The translations under genes were made by a program, and so were the position numbers. Below the pieces are notes generated by a model. It saw nothing but the letters and a program-made list of their open reading frames with translations, was not told the origin of the DNA and ran no database searches. DNA of 64,000 bases, taken from Salpingoeca rosetta. Its lineage: Eukaryota > Protista > Choanoflagellata. The stretch is taken from the NCBI GenBank assembly GCA_033442325.1, contig JAWQFM010000023.1, forward strand, positions 1,149,908 to 1,213,907, given 5' to 3'. Shown here in pieces: positions 1 through 14,038 of the stretch; within the stretch, counting starts at the first letter, position 1, and every line of letters begins with the position of its first letter.

Positions 1-47
1 TTCCCCCTCCTCACTCACTCACCGTGGTTTGCGTGTGTGCGCGCAAC

Positions 48-640
48 ATGAGCGCGCCAGCGAAGCCAGCGATGGCGCCAACGAGGCTGCTGTTGTTGGT
101 GGTGGTGGTGTTGGCGCTTGTTGGGGTGAGTGCGCAAGATGTTGTCGCTGTCGTCGCTGCTGAAGATGGTGCGCACACGCCACCTCCTCCTCTGATCTGG
201 CCGTGCTCGCAAGACGCCGCGACAGCAGTCGGGACCACGACCGCGTTGTGGCTCACCGGCAGCACCATCCAGGCTTGCCGGGATCCCAGCACTGGCGGCG
301 GGGATACCTGTTGCAGCGTAGATTCGTATCCGGCGGACTCGTTTAACAACCTCACCGCACCCATTGTCTGGCACAACGGGCGCCTGCAGCCGCTGCCATC
401 CACACGCACGTCGGCGGTTTGCTTCGCCTCCTCCCTTCCATGCACAGGTAATGAGGTCGCCCCGCTTTCCTTTCAGCTCACATTATTGAAGATGCACACG
501 CGTTTGTGCGAACAAAAATGCGCTCACATGTTTGCTCCAACCATTCACACTCACTCGCTTGCTTGCTCACTCACTCACTCATACACACATAAACATACAC
601 ATACACACTCGCTTACTCATTCACTCGTCACTCACTCACA

Positions 641-692
<52 letters not shown>

Positions 693-3600
693 CACGCACA
701 CAACACAACACACACACACACAAAACACACACAAAACACGCACACAACACAACACAACACAATGCACTCAGGCGGCCTGAACGAAACTACCGCCATCTTT
801 GCTGTGGCGCCGTATCAGTCAGACCGCAGCTTCGTCACTGCGGCTCAGCTGCGTCAGGTTACCGCGCAGGCGCTGGCATCAAACACCTTGGTCGCGTTTG
901 TTCACCGAGACGGAAGCGACGCTGCCACGCTCCGTACATCGCTCACAACTCCCGATGCCATTGGCCCTGTGCTCGCCGCAGATACCGCAGGTCAGCACAC
1001 ACACGCACATACACACACACACGCACGTACACACACGCACACACACGCACATACACACACGCACATACACGCACGCACACACACAAACACAGACACAACA
1101 CACACACATAGAGCACATGCTTGTGCATCGTCCTGATGTACCTCTGAAGTGCCGGTTTGTGCCCTGTGTCATCACCCCCTCCCCTTGACCTCATCCCTAA
1201 TGTCTGCACACTACTCCCCCTCCCTCCACTTTCATTCCCACCATTGGCCCTGCAATCGTGACGTGAACAGCTCTGGAAGTGACCACGCAAGCATTGGACC
1301 TTGCTTCGGACCTTGATGGCAGCCTGCACACCAGTGGATATATCAGCACGTCCGCCGTTGCAACACCAAGCAGTCTTCTGCTACAGATCACGCTCGCACT
1401 GCCGCCCAACCTCTCGCCGGCAGCTGTTGGTGCGCTTCAGAACAGCAGCGTACGCGTCAACACGTCGGTGTTTGTTGACGGTTTCCTCGCCGTGCAAGGC
1501 CCACTCACGTTTACGCCGTCCGTTGCATCATCTTCATCGTCGTCTCCGTCCATGCTGTTGCGTCTCGTGTCGACCAACATTGCAGCTACACTGCCACAAT
1601 ACCTCTTTTCCCGTGTGCGCATCGATGCACGCATGGATCTCGCGTCCTCCGCCTTCCCGCGCGTACTCCTCCCAACCAGCGCCGCCAACGTCACCGTATC
1701 CGTGCTTGCAGGCAACCTGCGCCCGCTCACGCTCGCCCGCACTGCCACAGTCGTTTGGTTCCCGAACAGCACCAATTGCAGCGAAATCAGCAACAACGGA
1801 CAACAGCAGCAACCCCAACAGGTGCCAGTGTTCTGGAATGTCCCCGTTGGCGTGTGTTCGCCCGTACCCGCAGACCCGAGCACACACATGCACGTCACCG
1901 TCACACGTGCAAACGTCACTGTCCGCGTGTACGACGACGATGACACGTGCTCATCACCTGCTGTACTGGAGGCGTCACTGCCCCGCCACGAAGCAACTGC
2001 ATCCGTGTTTGTGTCGCCGCCATCACCAGCAGCCCAGCAGCGCCATCTGCCATTCTGCCTTGCAGGCGCAGCATCGTCTCTTCTCTTCGCTGGCCTTGAC
2101 CCCGCCTCAGCTGCCAGCAACAGCAGCAGCAACAACAACGACGACGACACCGACAACACCAACGATGATGGTCTCAGCGAGAGCATTTCGTACGCGACCA
2201 TCACACCCATGACGGCATTTGCTGCTGCACAGACGGTCGTGGCACAGATCCACCGACCAGGCGACCTTCGTGTGCCCATCGCGGGCGAGAGCACAGGAGA
2301 GCTCACCGTGCCTGTCGTGCCACGCCCGTCTCGTCTTCCTACCAATGGTGGTGGTGGTGGTGGTGATTTGTGGTTTGTCGGCGCGCGCGCTGACTTGGAA
2401 GCAGCAGCAGGTGGGAGCAATCCACCCATCACCCTCCGCTCCCAGATCATGACCGTGACAGCACCAGTGCGTGTTGCCGGCGTCCACGCTGTCCACGTGC
2501 GCGGCACATGTCTGCACGGCACTGCCACCGTGTGCTTCACGGGCCCTGTTGTCGATGTTGTCGTGCCATGCCAGCCCGGCAGTGACACGCTCCGGTGGCA
2601 TTACCACGTGGCCACCGTCAATGTGCTGCCCAGTGACGTGCGAGCAGGCCAGGCGTCCTTCACCATGCGCATGTGCCAGACCCGCATGTTGTTCGACACC
2701 ATCGCCATCTCTCCGCTGTATTCGCTCGGTCCCCTCAACACCGCCGCCGCCACCACCAGCATCCCTAGTAGCAGTGAGGCTGAAACCAGCGCCACCAACA
2801 GCACCATGTGCACTGCTTCGTGGCCCGCTGCCGTCTGTTCGCAGCGCGGCTGCAGGTACGATGAGCGCCGCCGTCTGTGCCACCACCGCAACGCCCACGC
2901 GTGCTGGTTTGTTGCCGAGTCAGCCTGCACGCCTGACATTGGCTGTGCCTGGAGCGCAACCATCAGTGCATGCATCAACGATGATGGTGATTACGCCGGG
3001 GGAGTCGTGGACAGCCCACTTCCTTTCACGTCACCCATAGCTGTTGATGTTACGGCTGGCGGGAGCGGCGTGTACGAGACGGTGCGGGTGCCGGTCGCCT
3101 GGCACACGGGCGAAACACGCGCGTTTGTGCTCTACCCATCGCACCACGCTGCCTTGCCACACATCATGCTCGTGTACGGGCTCGCGCCATCATCATCATC
3201 ACCATCACCATCACCATCACCATCACCATCACCATCACCATCACCATCGTCCTCATCGGACAGCCCTGCGTGGGCGGAGTGGCGTGCTGTGAGCGGCGTG
3301 ACAGCGGCTGCTCTGCTGCAGTCGAACGCGTTCCTCGACACGGGCGTGATTGCCGCCGCCACACATCGCATCCCTGCGCCGTCGGACGCGTCGCCCCTCC
3401 TCCCAGCACCGCTGCATGCAAACCTGCAGGTCACGTGCAGCCTGCTGCCCGTCGTGTCTGTGACGGGCGACACGGCATCAGATGAGGAGATCAGTGCCAC
3501 TCGAGCCGCTGTCGCCGTGCGCGTGCTTGACGTGACAGCGTCCACCATTCGTGTACAGCTCTCTGTTCCATTCGCCACAACCACAGCGCCCTGGCCGCTC

Positions 3601-6600
3601 GCCTTCACAGCTTCACCGCCAGCTGCTGCCGTGCACGCTGCCCCTACTGCACAGGCACACGACCCAACAGCAGTGCTCAGCACAAGCGTCACCGCGACCA
3701 CCACAGAGGCCGGCGCAACAGTGCTGACGGCAGAGGTCACGGGTCTGTCGCCCGCTACCCCATATCGCATCGGTGTATCTGCATCTCTGTGCGGGGCCCT
3801 CACCCTCGCCAATGACGATGACAACGGCAACGATGGCAGCAGTGATCGCATTGCCGGTCGTGTAGTGACAGCGACAACTCTGCCGAGTACGGGACCAGCA
3901 CCGCCGCCACTGCTGCCGCTCACGGCCTCAAATCGCGTGGAGCAGCTCGGGTGGCGTCTCAGCAGCGAGGGCCTGCATGTCAGCTGGTTCGTGCACGGCC
4001 AGCCGCCCACAGACGAGTATGATGCTGTGCTCACACACGGCAGCACACAGCAGACCATCACCGTTGCAGCCAACGCGCTTGACCTGAGCTCCGCCCTGCT
4101 GTCGCACGAATCGTTTGATGCGGCCACGGGTACCATGCGCACACCTGTCAGCGTCAACTCCTTGCGTGCGGGCCGTTGTGCCACTGCCACGTGCCAAGAC
4201 GGCGGCCACTGCACTGTTCCTGTCTACTCGGAACCGCACCGCCAGTCTGTGCTCTTTCCCTACACGGGCGCCTTCCAGCCAACCATGGCGCTTCAAGTCC
4301 GTCTGCGCCGTGGGCAGCAGCTGCTGCACGAGGCGTCAGCCACCGTCACGGGCGCCGCTGGCGTTCCGGCTGCCCCCACATCTCTGGGTGCAACCGCGGG
4401 CGTGGATCTCCTCGTGGTGGAGTGGGCGCCTGTGCCGGGCGCTGTCGACTACGAACTGCAGGCCAACGTCACTGCCACCAACGCCCCCATCAGCATCATC
4501 TCCCCAACCACCCTCGTGCGTCTGCCCAGCTTGCCTCGCGAGACGCCCGTGTCCGTGCGTGTGCGTGCGCGGGCGCGTGTTGCCAGCGGTGCCACTGCTG
4601 GGCTCGCCTGCCAGCGCGCGCTCGGGGACGTGTGTGCGGGCAACGCGGCAGCGCTGGTGCTGGCGGGGCCGTGGTCAGCCGCCGTCACAACACGGACGCT
4701 TGGCAACCCGCCGCAGGCGGAGCCAGGGGCCGTGCGTGTTGTGTCGCTGACGGACACGACGGCGACTGTGGCGGTGGATGTGCTGCCCGGTGACCCGCGG
4801 GCGCTGGTGGTGTACGCGATCACAGAGCGGACGAGGGCCAACGGCGCACGGGAGCAGGAGACGGTGCGGGCCGTGCCCACACGCGTGGACGAGGAAAGCG
4901 GCCGTCTGATAGCGCGGGTTGCTGGGCTGAGCCCGTTCACCACGTATGCGTTCAGGGCGGCGTTTGTGTCCGCGTATGGTGAGGGCCCCATGACGGCAGA
5001 GGCGTCCACCCAGAACAGGACGCTGCGGGGCGTGCCCGGCGCACCGTCGCTGCGCAACCTGCGGGAGACGGGGGACGGGCTGCTGGTGCAGTGGTCGGCG
5101 CCTGGCCAGGAGGCAGGCCCCATCGACTTCTACACCGTCTACTTCACCAACATCGACAACGGCACGGAGGTGAGCATGCGGGTGCAGGAGGCCGGGTTGC
5201 TGCTGCAAGGCCTTGTGCCCGGCAGCACGTACACCGTGACCGTGACAGCCTCCACCCCGGCTGGTGAGAGCGAGCGCAGTCGCGTGTTGACGCACACGCT
5301 GCTGGCTGCCGCCTCGTCGTCGGGGTCCTCCGTGTCAAACGGCGCGCTGGCTGGCATTGCCGTTGCCGTGGTGCTGATCGTGGCGGTGGCGATGGTGGTG
5401 CTGCTGCTGCACAGCCGTCGGCAGCAGCGGGCGGCGGGCCAACGCTTGGAGCTGCAGCTGCAGCACATGAAGCTCAATGCAGACCAGCTGGCAGACCAAG
5501 TGCGCGTCATGTTCTCACAGGAGTTTGCGGAGACCATTGGTGGGGATCTTGCGCAGACGGAAGAGGACTTTGCGCGGCTGGAGGTGGATCGCACGCGGCT
5601 GCAGCTCGGCAGCGAGCTTGGCAAGGGCGCCTTTGGCGTCGTATACCGCGGCACCCTCACCCTCAATGGCCAGGCGCAGACGGTGGCGGTCAAGACGCTG
5701 CTTGACGGCGTTGTTCAGGACGAGCTGACCAAGTTCCTGGTTGAAGCGCGGCTGATGAGTCTGCTGCGACACGACAACCTCCTCCGCCTCGTGGCCGTCT
5801 GCACACGCGACACACCGTTTTACCTCGTCACAGAGTTTATGCCAAAGGTGCGTGGTTTGGTTGGTTTGTTTGGTTGGTTTGGCTGATTGGTTGGCTGTAC
5901 TGTGAATGCTTATTCTCGTGCCATTGGCCCCCCCTCCCTAACGGGTTTGTGCTGCGTCCACCGCTGTGTGTCTGTTCAGGGCGACTTGAAGCGGTTTCTG
6001 CGCGACTGCCGGCCAACGCGTCCGGAGCCGCGCGAACGGTTGACGACAGCACAATTGAACCGCATGGTGCTGCAGATTGCCTCTGCCATGCAATATCTCG
6101 AGAGCAGACGCGTCATCCACCGTGACCTCGCAGCAAGGTGTGTGTGTGTTTGTGTTTTGTTTGTTTGTTTGTATATTTGTGTGTTTGTATGTATAGTTGT
6201 GTGTTTGTATGTTTGTTTGTTTGTTTGTTTGTTTGTGTGTGTGTTTTTGTGCGTGTGTGTGCGAATTTGTTCTTCTTCACCTGCCGTCGGCGTGTTCTCA
6301 TTTTACATGCACCACCACCTACATCGGACGCCTGGCGCATTCCGTTGCGCTTCCCTAAACACGTCCCTGCAGGAATGTGCTCGTGAATGACAACAACGTG
6401 GTCAAGATTGCAGACTTTGGCATGGTATGACTCAAACGCCAAAGCCATGTCATGTTTGGCAGATGTCAATGCGCTGTGAAAATGTTCTGACTCTCGATTC
6501 CAAAGCGCAGGCTTGCCCCTGCCACACTGCACGTGTCACATTCACGAATACTCACTGTCTGCCCGATACTGCCATCACTCCTTGGTGCCATCAGTCCCGC

Positions 6601-7124
6601 AACACGGAGGAGAGCGACTACTACAAGAAGCGTTCGGATGACCGTGTGCCAATCAAGTGGATGGTGAGCACTGCATGCCTGTGTCACAATACCACACTTG
6701 AATGTCTGCACGTTCAGTGGCATGCGTTTTCACACCCAATCTGTGCTTCATGCTCAGTGCTTGTGTACCCAACGTTTCCTCTTAGCGTATGTGGCCGCCA
6801 CCGCCACCGCCACCGCCACAACCACTACCACTACCATTACCACGCCTGTTCACCTCATTAACCCGGTCCATCTGCTACCACTGCCCTGCTGCCCGCTGTG
6901 CCCAAAGGCGCCAGAATCGGTGACGGACCGCATCTACACGAGCCGGAGTGACGTGTGGTCGTTTGGCGTTCTCACGTGGGAGGTGTACTCCTTTGCACGC
7001 GCCCCTTATGCCGAATACACGGCCATGGAGGCTGTTGCTGCCGCTGCCGCGGGCTACAGGTGCGCTATGGGACGTGGTGAGGCCAGAAAGAAGGAAATTT
7101 TGGGTGTGTGCCATGGGAATTTGA

Positions 7125-7190
<66 letters not shown>

Positions 7191-8072
7191 CACGCATGCA
7201 CGACAGTAACCTGGTTGTTGAGCGCTCATATGTGTGCTGTTACCCCCCTCCCGTCTCAAACAAACACGTGTTTTCGCTCGTAAGGCTGCCCCGCCCGGAC
7301 ATGTGCCCCGAAGGGATGTACACGGTAATGCAGCTGTGCTGGGCGTACGGGAGCCAGGATCGCCCCTCCTTTGCTGTCCTCGCACACGAGATTGACTTCT
7401 TCCTGCGCACAGGCCGCTTCAAAGCGCTCGTGCAAGCAGAAAGCACACAGACGAAACGGGGTGCAGACAGCCGCAGACACCACCATCCCGCCCCGTCGAC
7501 TGCCATCGGTAGTGGTGGCGGTGGCTACGACAATGTTGGTTCGCACACCGGCTATTTCGGGGAGCGCGAGGTGGCACCTGTTGCGGTGGACGCAACTGGC
7601 TATGTTGCTGATGCTTCCCTGGATGGCAACGACGCTGACAGCGGGTCTGGTGGTACAGTGACATACCCACGCCTGGAGCCCAACACGCCAGCTGCGACCA
7701 CGCTGTACGCTGAGACCCCCGCGCGTCGCAGACAGCACGAACCGCCATATCCACGCACTGTCCCGAATACTCAGGTTTGGACTGTGTGTGTCTGTGTGTC
7801 TGTGTGTGTTTGTGTGTGTCTGTGTGTGTGTGTGTGTTTGTGTTTGTGTCTGTGTCTGTGTGTGCATGATTGTTTGTAGTGGGGTGAACTCGGTGCATGA
7901 TTTGTGCCTTCGTGCGGTGAGGGTGAGCAATGTTGGTAACAAAGCCTACACATGGTCACTCACGCTGCTTGCGCTTGCATGGCTTGGAATACGTTGCGCG
8001 CAGGGTGGCATGGTACAAAATGCTGCATACCAACGCCTGCCAAACCTTCATGGCCAATCCCCTGCCCCGTGA
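48..8072 (+). CDS. Receptor tyrosine kinase: signal peptide, large ectodomain (Cys-rich PSI-like segment, FN3 repeats), single TM, tyrosine kinase domain, Tyr-rich tail. Predicted exons 48-447, 772-990, 1271-5847, 5980-6137, 6373-6424, 6595-6663, 6908-7059, 7285-7774, 8004-8072
   Basis: Signal peptide [18 protein letters not shown]3 signatures ([36 protein letters not shown]). [25 protein letters not shown]. Kinase motifs GKGAFG, VAVK, HRDLAARN, DFGM, DYYK, PIKWMAPES and SDVWSFG join in frame across GT-AG introns. Confidence 0.93.
3188..3250 (+). repeat. (CCATCA)n hexamer repeat encoding a Ser-Pro linker in the RTK ectodomain
   Basis: Direct hexamer repeats translate as [16 protein letters not shown] in the RTK frame. 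Confidence 0.85.
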
Positions 8073-8544
8073 ACACTTGACACTGCCACACTTGTCACGC
8101 TATATCCATCGCAAACGAGTCTTATTGAGCACTTTTGCACTGTTACTCTCGTGTCCCAAATGATCGTGTGTGGGACCACTGCATATTCTTTTGCGTGCTC
8201 GTGTACGACCATGTATCAGTTGTAGTTGCATTAAATCAGAGTGCATTAGCGTGCGCAAGATGTCAGTTGCACACTGCGACGTGCCGACCATGGCAAACGC
8301 AAATATCGAAGCACGCACGGACGCGTGAGTATGCACACACGCACGCACACAACGCACACATACACACCCACACACCCACACACCCACACACCCACACACC
8401 CACACACACGCACGCACGGACACGCAGCACACACATACACATGCACACAACACAACACATACATATTCACACACAAAACATCACACAGACAACAAGATGA
8501 TGTTGCCAGAGGTCGCCTCATCATTCCATCATTCCACGTCGCCA

Positions 8545-11383
8545 TCAAAGGTGCACGCGTCGAATGCGGCGGTTCTGCTGGTCCACAAACACAATTGCGC
8601 GTTCGCCAATGTCGTAGGCGACGCTGACAGGTGAGTGAAGGTTTGTGGCGTTTGGTTCATTGCCATCGCCGTTGAAGCCTCGACTGCCCGTGCCTGCAAG
8701 CACGGTCACCGGAGAATCACCGCCGTCCAAGCTCACAGACCGCAGCACGTGCTTGTTTGTGTCTGCAATGACCAGCATGGTGCCCTTTGCATTGACAGCA
8801 ACGCCTTCAGGGTGGTCCAGATTCGTCTCAAGCGCAGCAGTGGTCGTGCTGCCGTCCACATCACCGCCGTACCGGCCCGTGCCAACCAGTGTGTCGATGA
8901 TTTTGTAGCTGTCCAGATCAACGTAGCGGATGCGGTTGTTGCCCTTGTCAGCTATGTACAAATCACCGGCGCCGCGAACAGCAATGCCTGTGGGCGCGTT
9001 GAGCCACGCGGTTGTGGCTGGGCGGCCGTCACCGTGGTATCCTTTGCGGAAGGGCGTGCCAGCAACGACGTCAATCACAACAGAGCGTCGGTCCACACCG
9101 TACACAACATGGTTCTCCGTGTCGGCGATGTACAGCGTGCCGCGGCTGTCGAACGCAAGGCCGTGCGGGGAGTGGATCTGCGCCGCGCGACTTGAGCCGC
9201 CCATGCCACGATGGCCGGCCTCGCCCGTGCCGACAAACACAGACAGGACGCCCGTGCTTGCGTCCACGACGCTGACACGGTGGTTGCCCTTCTCCGAGAT
9301 GTACACGTTGCCCATGGTGTCGACGGCCACGCACGTGGGGCGGTCCAGCTGCGCAGCTGTGGCCAGGCCGCCAACGCCAGTGGACCCGCGGGTCTTGGTG
9401 CCGGCGATGGTGGTGATGGTGCTGCCGTCACGCGAGATGCTCACGACGCGGTGGCGGATGGCAATGTACGTGGCGCCCGTCACGTCCACGGCAACGCACT
9501 CGGCCTGGTTGAGGCCTGTTGCTGTGGGGTCACTCGACCCCGTCCAGTCCACCAGGCCGTTGCCGGCGATGGTTTCCACAGTGCCGGTCGCCTGTGTGGT
9601 GAACGTGACTTCCGTCGTCGTCGTCACAGCGGTAGCGGTTGAGCGGGTGCTTGCCTCAAAGCACAGGCACACCTGCAAACATTGTGCGTGTGAGTGTGAG
9701 TGTGTGCGCGTATGCGCGCGCGTGTGTGTACATATGTGTGTACATGTGTGTTTTGTGGTGAAATGAGAGGATGCTTTAAGGGCTGCAGTTGTCACGGTGC
9801 TTGTGGTCTGATCCTGGCCGTCGGTGTACCCGCACAGTCATGGCCACACACAAGATCACATCAAGCATACACACATGCACACGCACAACATTACACATTC
9901 AAACCCACACCCACCCACATACACACGCACACAACACGTGACGTACATTGCGGCAGCCCTCGTGCTCCTCGAAGAAAGAGGCGTCCAGTCCTTGTGATGC
10001 ACAATGCGCTGAACAGTCATCCTCTTCTTGAGTAATCTCGAAGCGTTTCCTGCACCCGCACGTGCACACCTGCAATTGACCAAGTTATATGCACACGCGT
10101 TGCACGTGCAGATTGGACGGTGTAAGCAGCATGTGTACATTTGCAGCAATGCTGTGGCGTGGGACGCATGGCCTGCACACCAGCTTCTTCTCTTCTGTGT
10201 TACCGCTGCATGCGACATGAATGCGCGTGAATGTACGTGAATGCACATGAAAGTGTGCACTTTGCGTGTGCGTGAAACCTCACCCGCGTGCAGCCGCCGT
10301 AGGTGGCCATGAAAGTCGAGTCCTCGTTGTTACGCTCACAACGTTCGCGGCACGTGGCCGGATTGAGGGAACGGCTCAGGCCTTCACACGCGTTGACGGT
10401 TGTGGGTGATCCAGTCGTGGAGATGGCTGGAGGTCGAGGAAAGAAACACGGCAAGATGGCAAGACGTGTGAGACTGACGCAACAGAAGTGAAACACGTGA
10501 CACGCCCGCACATGAACTGCGCTGAGGTTGTGATATGATATGATGCAGTCACCATGCATGTAGGAATGCTGGTCACAAGAACATTACAACATGCTGCAGG
10601 ATCGGGCGGATGAGACAACAACAATAAAAGAACATTGTCAACAGTCCTCAACTCACGTTGGCAGGTCTTTGCGACGCCAGACCACTCTGCTCGGCCGTTG
10701 GTGATGGAGCATGTGCGGGACGTGTCGCCAGAGGCGGACAGCTCATACCCATAGTTGCAGCTCTCGTACGTGCACGTGTCACCTGTGCGTTTATGTGTGC
10801 GTTTGGGTGTGTGACTCTAACGTGTGCATGTCACGTTCCCTCCTCACACACATGCACACACACAAAAGGAAGTTGCAGTGAACAGCATTGACGATTACAG
10901 AGATACAAAATCGGCCATGCACGCACGCATAGACGCACACGCACACACGCACGCGCTCATACCTTTAGCGCCAGAGCACGTGCCAGATGTCGCGCCATTT
11001 GTCAGCGTTAGAGCACCGCAGGACAGTTCTGTAGACGGGGTGGTGGCCAAGCAATACGGTTGAGATTGGGGGTGATGTGTGAAATGTTTGCGGGTCACCA
11101 TGAACTACAACTGCCCCTTCTCCTTCCTTATCTCGTCACATTGATTCACATTGTATGTTTCAACTCACGCCTGCACTTGGTTCCTCCAGCGGAGTAGAAG
11201 CCATCCTCCTCGCGACAGCGGACCTGCCAGTGTTCAGACACAACACGACCAGAATGGAAATCAGAACAGATGACAAAAAAGAAAAAACGAGTACGTTCTT
11301 GGCAGACGCGTATGCCACGCGACTCGACGCAGTTCATGCCATCATTGCTCACATACACAAACACAGACGGACACACACAGACA

Positions 11384-11426
<43 letters not shown>

Positions 11427-12979
11427 CCAAACAAAGGCAAGACATACGTCGCACACGCGGACTTGGGGAGAAGATGAACCCGTGTTGTAAATGCCTGGAA
11501 GTTGTGTCACGTTGAAAGAAACGCCCTGATGAGCACAACACGCCAACGTTGGGTGTCGAAGCAGAGAAGGGCTGTGATCACAATCTGAAAACAGACGTAT
11601 CACAGCAACGCTACGCACGCACGCACACACACACACATGCACGTGAGCATAACACTGACCTGCAAAGACTGAGCCCTCGGATGCCAGGATGCTGTAACTG
11701 CCGGAAAGTGTATCACCAAGTGTGCAGTCAACAAGCTCTGCGCCAGCCAACAGCGAGCAATCATACACGAGGGTTGACCCCTTCTTGGAGACGCCGCTAA
11801 CGGCTAAGATTGAGGGTCGGGGTACAGCACATGTTCATGTCTCAGATGGGATGAATTGTGCATGATTTGCAAAGCCATCACAAAGCAGTGGCTGTTGTCC
11901 TTGGCTCAATCAAATACACACACGCACACACTTTCACAAGCACCGACACACGCACACAACACAACGCACACGCGTGTACACACGAACGACGCACCATAGG
12001 TGTCGAAATCGCAGTACTGGGCCGTGTTGCCGCTCACGGTTAGTGTCTCTGCGGATGCGTAGATGCGCTTGGAAAGAGACGCTCCCGCGTCTTGGCACAG
12101 AATCTCGTACGTGTCTGTGCCTGCAGGCAAGCAACAATGGTGAGGGCATGATAGCGCCACCAGCAGTGACAACGACAACGGTAATGGCAGATGCTCATAC
12201 GCATGAGATTGATAAGTGCGAAACTAAATACGGATAAGTGCCAACGTGTAGTGCTGCAAACGATGAGATATAACCGCAACCGCAGGGCTCACCGGAGGTG
12301 TAGTAGAGGCCAGTGATGGCCTGACCGGCAGCACAGGCAATGGTGAAATTGGTTCCTCCATCACCCTCAATCGTTTCTGTACCAGAGAAGGAGGGGGGCG
12401 AGAGAGTGTGTGAATGTGTGTGTGTGTGTGAATGTGTGTGAGCGGTGTGACAACTCAACAACACACACGCGCGCACACACACGCACGCACACACACACAC
12501 TCAAATGCATACAGTGACTGCTGCGTACCCAAACAGGTCTTCTCGTCGCCGTCCCAGTATGCCGTGTCTTCGTCTTGAATGCATGTGCGTGACGAGCTGC
12601 CGCCAATGCCAAACACAAAGCCGTCATCACAGCTATCGTAGACACAGACGTCGCCTGACGGGGAAAAACCAGCAACACCAACAACGTTTCACATGAGACA
12701 AGGTCTCGAGCAGCAACTCAGGATAGAAGATAAGGCCGTGCCTTCTACATCATCATATCCACATGGCAGCCAAGCCTCCCCATCCCTTTCTTACCGACGG
12801 TGCCAGAGCAGGACCCAGACACGCTGCCGTATTCCAGCGTCAGCGTCGGGCACATCACCTCTGGCAGGCACGTGATAGCGCGCAAGAGTAACAATGCATA
12901 GGAAATGTGCGAAACAGCATGAGTGCACAAACGGCCACAACTGGATGCTTGGATGAGCATCTCGTCGCCAAACAAGCAG

Positions 12980-13055
<76 letters not shown>

Positions 13056-13957
13056 GTGCATGTTGCGATGGTGGCATCCCAGGAGGCGGAGTGTCCGTCC
13101 GCATGGAGTACACATGTGGTGGTTGTGATGCTTGATGAAGGCCAATACCCGGTGTCGCAGGTGAAACTGCACTCGCCACCCACAGTGCCGTCGCAAGTGC
13201 CACTTGTTACACCATTCTGCACTTCGATGCTTGAGCACGTCACCACTGCAACCCAAATAGAGACGTCGTGGTGGTATTAGTAGTGACTATGGGGAGACAC
13301 ACATGGTGCTCATTCGTGACACGTTGGTGTCGTGGAGCAAGAATGACATGGCGCGCACAGACTGTGCAAACTGATCCCTTGCTCCCCGCACGCATATGCA
13401 CACACACACACACATTTACATGCATCCCTCTCTCTCCGTCCATCTCTCACCTTCGCACTGCTTGGATGTGCCAGACCAGGCAGCGACGCCGTCCGTCACA
13501 CCGCACGTGCGACGAGTGGAGCCGCCAGACGACAGCGCATATCCAGTGTCACATTCATCGTAGGTGCACGTGTCATCTGTCATGACATGAAGTGCATGAT
13601 TGTGTAAGATTGTGTATGATTATGCAGGGCGGTATAGGACACGCATAGTATAACGTACATAACATTGTATGTTGCTCTCGGATCAGTCTGACAAGGCACG
13701 ATTCCTTGTTGATTGTTTGCAGTTACAGGTTGCTCACCATAGTTGCCGCTGCATTCGCCACTCGTCTGCCCGTTCGCCAGCACGATTTCGCCGCAGTCAA
13801 CCGCTGGAGAATGCATCAAGTTGAACGCGAGTGATGCGATTACGCAGAGCAATGTGTTCCATGTGAGCGGATGGTGCAGAAGTACAGTTGCATCGTGCTC
13901 GTATCCGACTCCACCTACACCCGCCCGCTCATATTCACCCACACACAGTCTGCCTCC

Positions 13958-14038
<81 letters not shown>

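Noticed and set aside
532-1188. Many HTHTHT and CVCVCV ORFs here and across the window
   Set aside because: They are translations of intronic or intergenic (CA)n/(GT)n microsatellites, not proteins.
3044-3292. Poly-His ORF
   Set aside because: Alternate frame of the (CCATCA)n Ser-Pro repeat inside the RTK exon.
1437-5693. Long antisense and alternate-frame ORFs over the RTK exon
   Set aside because: Expected shadows of GC-rich coding sequence with no recognisable motifs.
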